From IMG/VR virus record IMGVR_UViG_3300023184_000029, positions 122,543-186,542 of that record: a stretch of 64,000 nucleotides of DNA. The stretch is one strand, 5' to 3'. This stretch comes from a virus. The notes below the pieces were generated by a model. It was given only the letters and a program-made list of their open reading frames with translations, made no database searches and was not told where the DNA came from. This document shows, in pieces, positions 1 to 10,700 of the stretch. Each line of letters opens with the position of its first letter. Within the stretch, counting starts at the first letter, position 1. A program made the translations under genes and the position numbers.

Positions 1-419
1 TTTTTAGTACTCAGGTTATAGATTGGACAGATGACCAAAGAAATTTAGTTAATATTACAAAAATGTATGATAATATATATGAAAATGAACATTGTCCCCC
101 AGATTCTATTATTAATGACGATGATATGCTTGATGGTTGGATGATTCTGCAAAGAAGAAAAAGAGAAAAAGAGAAGACTCAGCAAAGCATAGATGAGCTT
201 AATCCTAATCTTAAAAACGCTAATGAGGTTTTCTTATTTGCTAATAATAATGAGTCTTATGAAGAAATTACTTCTTTGAATAGCGCTGAAGCTAGTGCTA
301 GACTTAAGGAAAAGATGAATTATATTAAAACAGCGGGAACCGTAGATGATAGCAAACTCCCAGACGTACAAAGAGAACTATTACAACAACGAAATGATAT
401 GCTTAAAAATAGGAAATAA
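1..419 (+). CDS. Hypothetical protein, 5'-truncated (candidate tail assembly protein)
   Basis: The frame of ORF 63..419 is open back to the window start (FSTQVIDWTDDQRNLVNITK-MYDN...), so the gene begins upstream. Function is inferred from position only. Confidence 0.7.
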   Translation, partial: FSTQVIDWTDDQRNLVNITKMYDNIYENEHCPPDSIINDDDMLDGWMILQRRKREKEKTQQSIDELNPNLKNANEVFLFANNNESYEEITSLNSAEASARLKEKMNYIKTAGTVDDSKLPDVQRELLQQRNDMLKNRK

Positions 420-422
420 ATT

Positions 423-755
423 ATGAATAATATAGAAAGATTATTATCTAATATTGAGACTAGAATTAAAACTACTATGATAGGTTCATTAGCTAGATTT
501 GAAGAATCTTTTGATCACTTATGGGAAGAAGATACTGAAAAAGCTGCTATGTATTATAACTTATGGGAACAAACCAGAAATAATATTTTAAATAATGGCA
601 ATAATCAATTAAGAGCAGCCATTGATGAATTATCAGATTATCTTTATAATAATGTGAGGGTTCCTAACAATAAGCCTAAATTTGAAAATAAGTATCATTA
701 TAAGTTGTTTTTTAATAATCCGGACCATAAAAATAATAAAGGAGACAGAGAATGA
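423..755 (+). CDS. Hypothetical protein
   Basis: 110-aa ORF, 3 nt after the previous stop, with an ATGA overlap with the next gene. Confidence 0.75.
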   Translation: MNNIERLLSNIETRIKTTMIGSLARFEESFDHLWEEDTEKAAMYYNLWEQTRNNILNNGNNQLRAAIDELSDYLYNNVRVPNNKPKFENKYHYKLFFNNPDHKNNKGDRE

Positions 756-1618
756 AGACTAAGACTTTTAAAGTAGAAGTAGATACCAAGGAAAGAGAGA
801 TACTAGTTAAATCTCCGTCTTTAAATGATCAGAGAGAGGCCCAGAAGATATATAATCAGGCTTTTACCGACGCTATCAAATCAAAGAGCGTTGTACGAGC
901 CAAGCTGGATGATTTGCTACAAGATCAGGGACTATGGAATGATGAAAAACAGGCTAAGTTTTCTGAACTACAAAGAAAACTACTAGACGGAGAAAAAAGA
1001 CTAGCAAAGGGAGGCTTTAGTTTAAATGAGGCCAAAGACTTGGCTATTGAGATGAAAGATACTAGAGATCAAATTAGAGATCTTATTAGTGTCAAAACTT
1101 CTTTGGATAATCATAGTGCTGAAGGACAAGCAGATAATGCTAGATTTAACTACTTAGTATCAGCCTGTGTGGTGTATAACGATACTAAAGAGCCAGTTTT
1201 TAGTAATATGGAAGATTATCTAAATAGGGGCTCAGAACAAGTAGCAGCACTTGCAGCTCAGAATTTGGCTAATATGCTTTACGGTTTGGATAATGATTAT
1301 GAAAGTAATTTGCCTGAAAATAAGTTTCTAAAGAAATATAAATTTATTGATGACAAATTAAGAATGATTGATAAAAAAGGAAGACTGATTGATTCAGAAG
1401 GAAGACTGGTGGATGAAAATGGTAGATTCATTGATGATCAGGGTAATTTTATTGATAAGTTTGGTAACAGAGTAGATGCAGACGGAGAATATATTGTTGA
1501 GACACAACCGTTTTTAGACGAAAATGGAAAGCCTATTATTGATGAAGACACTAGTGATAAACCAGAATCAAATCAATCAGTATCTGAAAATACTTCAGAG
1601 GAAAACAAGACTGGCTGA
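752..1618 (+). CDS. Candidate tail assembly chaperone with C-terminal DxxG repeats
   Basis: 288 aa, directly upstream of the TMP. Helical N-terminal part followed by 7-residue (I/V)DxxGx repeats. Confidence 0.6.
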   Translation: MKTKTFKVEVDTKEREILVKSPSLNDQREAQKIYNQAFTDAIKSKSVVRAKLDDLLQDQGLWNDEKQAKFSELQRKLLDGEKRLAKGGFSLNEAKDLAIEMKDTRDQIRDLISVKTSLDNHSAEGQADNARFNYLVSACVVYNDTKEPVFSNMEDYLNRGSEQVAALAAQNLANMLYGLDNDYESNLPENKFLKKYKFIDDKLRMIDKKGRLIDSEGRLVDENGRFIDDQGNFIDKFGNRVDADGEYIVETQPFLDENGKPIIDEDTSDKPESNQSVSENTSEENKTG

Positions 1619-1650
1619 TAATATTTATTTTTTATTATATCGATTATATA

Positions 1651-1695
1651 CAGATCCCTGTGCGCTACTATTGTGCATAGGGATTTGTTTTTATA
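1651..1695 (+). terminator. Rho-independent terminator-like hairpin
   Basis: CAGATCCCTGTGC(1651-1663)...GCATAGGGATTTG(1675-1687) forms a 13-bp stem with G:U pairs, followed by TTTTTATA, in the gap before the TMP. Confidence 0.7.
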
Positions 1696-1723
1696 CATTT
1701 AAATTCTAAGAGAAATTTTATAT

Positions 1724-4700
1724 ATGTCATCAGCTTTTAATTTAACCGCACAGCTAAATCTTAGAGGACCATCTAATATTGGAAATATAGTTTCTAATAT
1801 TCGTAGACAGCTTGGTACTATCAATAGCACTGTTAATTTAACAGTTAATCCAAACGCCGTTACCGGAGTTGGAAGACTTAATGCTTCATTGGTAACATTA
1901 AATACCACATTAGCCCAGACACAAACATCAGCAAATGCCGCAGCATCAGCAATTGCTAATTTTGCTCAAGCATTTAATACCAATGCTGTAGGTAGAACTA
2001 CACAACAGCTTAATGCTGCTGTAAATACTACTAATAATTTATCTAGAGCCACTTCTAATACTTCTAGACAAATTCAGATGGCTCATTCAGAAATGGCAGA
2101 GTTCGGTAGACAATCTTATCTAGCTATTAGAAGATTTGCTGCATTTAGTATAGTAACAGGAGGTGTTTTTGCATTAACCAATGCTATTAAAGGAGGTATT
2201 TCTGCTTATGTAGATTATAATCAAGAACTGGTTAAACTACAACAGGTTACCGGAGGATCCGCAGAATCTTTGAAGGGTTTGGAAAAAGAGATTACGGGCT
2301 TATCAACAAACTTAGGAGTTTCTTCTGGAGAGTTAACAAAAATTTCGTCTACTTTGGCTCAGGCAGGATTGAGCGCTAGAGATACTGAAAGAGCACTTAA
2401 GGCTTTGGCTTTAAGCTCATTAGCTCCGTCTTTTGATGATATGAATAGAACGGTAGAAGGTTCTATTGCTTTAATGAGACAGTTTGATATTAGTGCCAAA
2501 GATTTAGAGGCTTCATTAGGCTCTATAAATTCTGTTGCAGCAAAATTTGCAGTAGAATCTAGTGATATTATTGCTGCTATTCAGCGTACTGGTGGTGTGT
2601 TTGCTGCTGCTAGTAGAGGAGTAAGTGAAGGTAAACAGGCTTTAAATGAATTTATTGCTGTATTTACTAGTGTTCGAGCCACCACTCGTGAAAGTGCAGA
2701 AACTATTGCTACTGGCTTAAGAACTATCTTTACTCGTATCCAGAGAGGTAGTACTATTGAAGCGTTGAAAGAATTCAATGTTAATCTTACTGACGCTCAG
2801 GGTAAATTTGTTGGAGCTTACAAAGCTATTGAACTACTATCCAAAGGTTTGAGTAGCATAGATCCTAGAGATTTAAAGTTTTCTCAGATCGTTGAGGAGC
2901 TTGGTGGTTTTCGTCAGATAGGCAAAGTTATTCCCCTTATTCAGCAATTCGGCACTGCACAAGAAGCTTTAGCAGTAGCTCAACAAGGACAAGGTTCTTT
3001 GGCTGAGGATTCTATTAAAGCACAATTATCTTTAGCAAATCAAATATCCAAAGTAAGAGAAGAATTTTTAGCTTTATTTAGAGATATCGGGGGCTCTGAT
3101 AGTTTTCAGCTTTTAACTAAAGGAGCGCTTGGTCTTGCAAGTGGTCTCATTAAATTAGCCGATGGTGCTAAGGGTGTGTTGCCGGTATTAGGTATGCTTT
3201 TAGCATTTAAGGGAGCACAGGCTGCTACACAATTTGGATTAGGATTCGTAGGAGCTATGAGACAAGGCTCTACTGGTAGAAGACGAGCTAGTGGTGGACC
3301 CATCAATAGATATGCTGCTGGCGGGCCTGTGGATGTGGATGTTGCATTAATGCCGGGAGAAACTGTGGTATATCCTGATGCTGTTAGTAGGATTGGAGTA
3401 TCTAGATTAAGACAATTAAATCATGCGGATAAAAATGGAATAGCGGGTAAAAGAAGAGGAGGAAGAGTCTCTAAATTTTCTAAAGGAGGATATGCTGAGG
3501 TTCCTGGGTCTGGTCGCACAGATAGTTTTTATACTCAATTACCAGAAGGAAGCTTTGTTATAAGAACAGATGCTACAAGATCTCTTGGAGGACCAGATGG
3601 AGTAATGGATGCTGCTAGAAATCATGCATTTGGCGGAGATGTACAAAAATTTGAAAATGGTTCGTGGAGAGAGGTGAGAGCACAGGTACGATCTGGCAGA
3701 GGGAGACCATCTAAAACTAAGAGTACAGTAGGACAGGCTGTAGAAAAAATAGAATCTACAACATACGATAGAAAAGGAAGATTTAAAACGGATTTTCCTT
3801 TTATTATCAGAGGATTAAATAGAAAAGGTACGAAGCAAAAAATCAATGAAGAAGCAATATTAAAGGGGTACCTAAACCAAGGAGTAAACGATCTCTCTAA
3901 AGCTATTGTTGATAAAACACAAGGAAATATAACTATACCAACCGGTAATATTAATATTCAAAATAAAGAAAGTATTTATGGAGGATTATTCGAGACAGCT
4001 TTATTAAAAATTAGTGGTCGGTCAAAAGATAAAAAAGATAATAATCAAGCTTTTGATTTTCCAAGAGGTATAGGGTCAGCTTTATCTCCTATTTTTAGTG
4101 GTATGCCACCTGATATATCTACTGATGTTAAAAGAACAGCAGCTGCAAATGCTGCTCTGAAATCCAATATTGCTAATAAAATAGCAAATGATATGGCTTC
4201 TAATAGGCTTCCTCAAAAACCAACGCCCGTTGGAGTAGTATCACTATCCCCAATGGATTCTGCTATAGTTTCTAAAATTTCAGGAGTAGAAGTAGATAGA
4301 TTATTGAAAACTAAACTAAAAATAAAAGAACAAAAAAACAAAAAGAAGAGAAATGCTAAACGTAGAGCTGATAGATACTATGATAATGCTTTAGAAAACG
4401 CTATTAACATGATGCCATATGCTATAGGTGGTATTGTTCAAAAGTTTGGGGTTGGAGGAGAAGCAGAGCCAGTAAGGCGTACTGTTGGAATTATTGATTC
4501 TGACTCATGGAAAGGGGACTCTCCAGATATTGCCGCAGCGATGAAAGAGCTTGGCATTACTAAGCCCGATGAATATAAAGCTTATATGTCAAACTTAGCA
4601 GCTCAAAAAAGACAATCTAATGGAGTACGAAAACTCAGAGTAGCTACCGCAGTAGCAGCTGCTGGCAAGACCCGTATTGCTTTTGGTGGAGCTAGAGGTC

Positions 4701-7700
4701 AAGAAGCAGATAATGCAACATTACGAAAAACAACCAGAACACAAATAAGAGTACCAAGTGATTTCGACAAATTAGGACCCACCGACGATATTGTTGATAC
4801 AACTTCAGTAGTTACCCCTAGAAATTTGGGTGCGTTAAGAGCTGCTGACAGAATACGAGTTATTTCAACAAGATCCAAAGAAAGTCAAGAGAAGGTTGTT
4901 GAGAATAGAGACACTAGAGACATTCTTGGAGCATCTGGACAAGTTGATCCAACTGGAACTAATTTTGGACAATATGATCGTGAAGCAAAATCTGTTAGTA
5001 AAGCACCAAAAAATAGCGGCCCAATGGAAGCGTTATTAGCAGCCACAGAAGTTTCCGGAATTGATCCTAAAAAAATTGTAACAACAGATTTAGCCACCGG
5101 AAAAAGAATCTCACCTCCAAAAGTAAGAACCCCTGATAAGATGGGTGTTATGACCGGTAATTTTGGTCCTACTACACCAGCCCATGTGGAAATGGCAAAA
5201 ATAGGGGCTAAACAAGCAGGAATCAAACGTGAAAATGTAGTCGCTATGGTTGCTAACGATGTGCCTATAGATCCATTTAATAGAGATCCAGAAGCAGAAA
5301 GAACAGCGTATCTTCCACAAAAATCTAAAACAGGACCTTCTAGATACGGAATGGCCCAAGCTGTTTTTGGAGCTGAAGGCTTTTCTGTTCATGCTATGGA
5401 GAGAGGATCGTCTCCAAATTCTATGCCCTATGCTTTTCAAACTGGAGAAGATACAGATACATATATAGTTCCTAGTGATAAAACTAAAAAATTTGAAATC
5501 GGAGGAAGTGATAAGCCAGAAACATCAAGATATCCTGGATACGATCCCATAAGAGTTTCAAGAACTTCTGGACCAACAGCAGGAATAAGTGCTACTCTTG
5601 CTAGAGAAGCTATTAATAGTGGAAATATTAGTGAGATACAAAAATATCTTACGCCAGCAGGGCTCAAATATATTGAACCACATCTATCTCTTCTGAGAGA
5701 AAGACCAAAACTATTAGACAGTATTCTCGATAGACTTCAAAAAGGCAAAGGTGCTACTGCGAGTAAATATTTAGCTACTCTTGAAGAATTAAAAACACTA
5801 CCAGCAAGAAAAACTAAAACTACACCACCTGAAGTAGTAGCGAAGATGGAAGCTAAGAGAGAAGAAAGAGAGAGATACAAAAAAAAACTATTCGGATTAC
5901 CATCCAGAATGTTACGCAGATTAGAATCTAGACAGGCAAGAGCTATCGGTGGATTAGTTCAAAAATTTGGAAGAGGCACGGACAAACCCATAAAGTCTTT
6001 TAATGAGATGGGCAAATCAGAGCTATTGAAACAAGCGGAAAAATTAGGGGTTTTTGTTCCTATAGATTTTCGTAGACTATTAGATTCAAGAGCTATTGGA
6101 TCTGAAGAAATTAGAGCTAAAGTTATAAAAGAATTAGAAGATCAAAGAACCATCATAAAGGCTGCACAAGAAAAAACTTCAACCAGAGCTAAGAAAAGAA
6201 AAATAGGTGTTGTAGGATTAACAGGAGAAAGTTCGTCTACTGAACTCACCACCCCTGGTTTAAAAAGCAAAAAAGGTGGGCGCGGTTTAACAGGCGTTCC
6301 GGCAACTTTAGAAACAGGGTCGTTACCATCCGATTTATCAAAACAAGTACAAGCTATTATTCGTAATCAAAGCGAAAGAATAGCAGCAAGAGTAGGAAGA
6401 TTGATAGCGACTAGAGCAGGATCGTCTCCTGTTACAGATAAAAAACAAATTAGAGCTATTGTTAGCAAACAATTGGATAATATCTCGGGGTTATTATTTG
6501 AGAGTGGGTTAGCAGTTGCAGGAGCACCATATGACCCAACAGAAAAAACCGGTCCAGATTTTAGTAGAGGTTTGGGTAAAAAATTAGGAGCTTTATTTGG
6601 TGTTGATCCTAAAGCAATGACAGACGCTACTAATCAAGCTGTAAAAGACGTGGCTAAAGCCAAAGTAACTAAAGGAACTTTTGATAGAGGTCGCAGAAAC
6701 GCTATCAGAACAAAAAGATTAGCTAGAAATTTTGGAGGCATGATTCAAACATTTGAAATAGGCGGACAGCCTTCTCTTAGCAGATCTTCTAAAGATAAAC
6801 GATTTGATCCTAAAAAATTAGCAGCTTTTCTAGGAGCACAAACTCCAACTAGCAATAAAGCAAAAGACTTAGCAGAACGATTAAAAGATTCTAGTTCATC
6901 AGCTATTAGTAAGCCTAATTATGAAGAATTATTAAAGGGATTAAAAGGATATGCTAAAGGAGGAGAAATACCAATAGTAGCCCAAGAGGGTGAATATGTT
7001 ATAAATAGAACATCGGCTAATCAGATAGGACGCCACAATCTAGATAAACTAAATATTGGAGGCAGGGTAGGACTAGATAACTTGCCAAAGTATCATACCG
7101 GAGGCATAGTTAGATATAATAAAGGGGGATCCGTACAGAAATTAGCTGTTGGCGGAGAGATAGATAATGCATTATCTGGAATGTCTAATAAAGACACTAT
7201 TAGATTAAGAGCTAGTATACAAAAAAACTCTCAAGCTTTTGAACAATTAGCTAAATTAGTTTCTGGCTGGAAAGTTGAAGATGTTGGAATGGCGATGAAA
7301 AGATTAGATCGCTCTTTAGAAAAAGGTGTGTCTCAAGCAGATGCTTTAGCACAAAGCGTGGTTGCTGGTACTACTAGTGCTGCTAGACAACCATCCAAAG
7401 CTAGAGGTCCAAATATTTTAGGAGGAACACCAGATACTAGAAATGCCGGGACGGTTGGTAGAACAGGAGATTTTAAACAAATAACGGGACTAAGTAACAG
7501 TAAAGGCCAGCCGCTTAAAGTCAATGGGCCCGGTGATGTTCAAGCTACTTTAGATAGGATAGCCCCAAAAATTACTGCTAGATTTAATAGATTAGGCTTT
7601 ACTACTGAAGCTACAGAAAAAGCACTTCTAGTTTTTAATACACAGGTTAGACAAACCGGGGATGCAAACCAAGCATTTAGAGCCGCTGTTCAGAGCGGCA

Positions 7701-10700
7701 AGGATTCTATGACTATGGTAGGTCGGACGGGAGTTGGTGCTACCGTTTCTGGTATGACAAGAGAGAAAGGATCGACCACTCCTGAGCAAAGACTAGCCAG
7801 GAAAAAGCAGAATAGAGCGGATGATAGATTCGGTATGTTTCAAGGAGCCACCATAGGTGGGTGGGCTGGTTTTGCGGCTGGTGGAGCTATCGGTGGATTA
7901 GCTGGGGCTCCGCTAGGAGGAGTTATTGGAGCTGTTGGAGGAGCCGTAGCAGGCTCTGAAAGAGGCAACCGTATAAGATCTATGCAGTACGAAGCAGGAG
8001 CAGACAAGCTTAAAGCCAGAGCTAGTAATATGGCTCAAGGAGGATCTTCAGGATCAGCGACATTAGCATTACTTAATAAGGCTATGAGTCCATTAGTATA
8101 TAAAGCAGCCCAAGTTAGTAGTGGTATGTCAAAATTGCATTTAGGAGCCGCACAATTATCTTCTTCTTTAAATAAAGGAGCATCAGCAGTAGTTTCGTGG
8201 GGTTCTGGTATTAAAAATTCTCAGGGGCCTATGGATGGTTTTAAGAAAACTGTAGGAGGAGTCGGTTCTTTACTTAAAAATTCTTTCTCCTCATTAGCCA
8301 AAGGAGCAGATGCCGCTGTTGGTAAATTAATGGGATTAAAGAAAGTAGATATTGGAGGGGGTAAACAAGGATGGAGAAGTGCTGCTGCTACTATGGGAGC
8401 AGATGGTGTTACCAGAGATGCTAGTGGTAGAAGAGCCAGGGGTTTTGGTGGAGGGGGAGGAGGAGGAAGAGGGGGTAGAGGAGGAGGAGGAGGTATGGGA
8501 GGTGGTATGGGTATGTATGGACTAAGCATGGGAATACCTATGGCCGCTCAAATGTTTGGTACTCAAGAAGCCCAAACAGAGACTCAAGCTTCTAATAATG
8601 CTTTTGTTGAACAATCTTCAAACGCTGTTGGAGGAGCTTTAGCAATGGCTACTATGGGAGGACCAATAGGAATTATTGCAGGATTAGGAACCGCTGCGGC
8701 TGGTATAGCAACAGCCTTTGTAACCGCTGAGAATGCTGTTAATGAGTTTGGAAAAAATAAAGCAGCAAAACAAATGGAACAGAGTAGTGAAAAAATATCT
8801 AATATTTTAACAGAAATTAGCAACGCAGGCGCTGCAACACCAGCTGCCCTTGAGCAACTTAAAACGGCTCTAGATTCTAGCACCTCAGCCGCTTTAACAT
8901 TTGCCGAAAAGAGCGGAACCAAAAAAGGTAGTTTTGTACAAGATATAGTTGGAAATAGTAATTTGGGAGCATTACTAGGATCATTAGAAGGAGCTACAGA
9001 TAATAATGATGCTCAAGGAGCTATTAATAGATCTCAAATTCTAGACAAAAAAGGCATATTTGCCTATTTGGCATCTGCTGGAGATAAAGATACAGAACTA
9101 TCGAATATTCGTGATCTTATTCCTGATATGGCAAACGATATATCTAAAAGCTTTGCTATACCAGCTGATAATATTAAGAAAGCTTTTGAACAAAGAACTC
9201 GTTCTGGAGAATCGTCAGCGAGTATAACGTCATCACCAGAATTTGCTAAACAAGCAGAGATTTTAGCAAGATCAAATCCAGAAGCAGAAAAACAATTACA
9301 ACTTATACAAGCAGACACAAGATTAAGTGAACAGGACAAAAGAGCCAGAAGAGAAAATATCATAGCTGCATATGGAAATGCTGCTGCCATGAAAGCTATT
9401 AAAACAACTGAGACTCAAATGGCAATAGAAGCTCTTGGTAAATCAGCTAGAAACTTTAGTTTTAGTTTAAAAAGAATGTTCAATAATATGGATATTGCTA
9501 TAGCAGCATCGTCTAATTCATTACAATCTTTATCAGAAAAACTAGAATTAAGTGCCGCTTCTGCCGGTGGCAATGCCAAAGTTGGTAAATCTAGTGAAAT
9601 ACAGAGTATGATAGACGTATTAAAAAATCCAAGAGGTTATTCTGACACTCAAAGATCTACTGCTATGAAGGGAGCCTCATCAGTATTTGGACCACAATCT
9701 GGTAATATGGAAAAAATGTTAAATTTGGGAGCAAATATTGAAGACACTTTAATGTCCACTATTAATAGTACATTACAAGCAAATAGCGGAGCTAATAATG
9801 AAGAAGTTGGAGCCAAAGTAGAATCTGCTGTTAAAGATAAATTAAAGAGTTTGAACTTTCCACCAGATCTGGCCAATAAATTAACAGGACAAGTACAAGC
9901 CGCTGTTAGTAAGATGAGAACTAGAGGAGACGAGAAGCTTGACTTTTCTAAGCTAATGGAGGAAATAGGACCACTAGCTAATAGTATAGAGAGTCTTAAA
10001 GGAGCCTCAGATTCAGCAATCAGGGCCTTAGAATTTATAAAGAATTCTTTTGATCAACTATCTGACGCTACTAATCAGATAACAGATATACAAGTACAAA
10101 ACAATAGTAGGCTTAGAAATGCTCAAAATATTTTAGTAACAGGCACAAGAAATTTAGATAGAGCATTAGGCAAAGACATAAAATTATCTGATACTAAAAC
10201 AGATTTCAATAATCAAACAAGAAGTTTCACCGGCGGAGCCACTGACCCTTCTGCTATTAGAAGAAATATTCAAAATCTAGAAACACAAAGAAATCAACAA
10301 CAAACAGGACTAGATCAGGCTAAAGCTTCTACTGATATGGGAGGAGTTCTAGCTTTCAGTGATGGTTTGGTAAAAACTAATAGCGCTATTAGAGAGAACG
10401 TCGCAGCATTAGAGCAACTAGCACAGAATGGAGATTTAGCATCTGCTGCATTAGATCAAGTTAGTAAAATACAAGCAAAGCAAGCAGCTGGAGTATCTAT
10501 TGTTGAAAGATTGGTGACTAGCACTCCTGGTGAACTTAATAATCTTAATCAAGCATTTAATAGACTCACCAATAATATGCAAGGAAAAGCTAATTTTGGC
10601 ACTAGTGCTGATCAGAGAAAAGAATCATTAGATGTTCTTAATATGATTATGCCATTTTTAGGAGATAAACAAGGAGGAGTTAAAGCTAATATTTTACAAT

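Noticed and set aside
1-1720. Programmed -1 frameshift for tail chaperones
   Set aside because: I could not identify a convincing slippery site with an overlapping extension frame, and the first gene is truncated by the window.
8221-8529. Poly-Pro ORF on the minus strand
   Set aside because: Antisense shadow of the Gly-rich TMP stretch (GGA/GGT codons).
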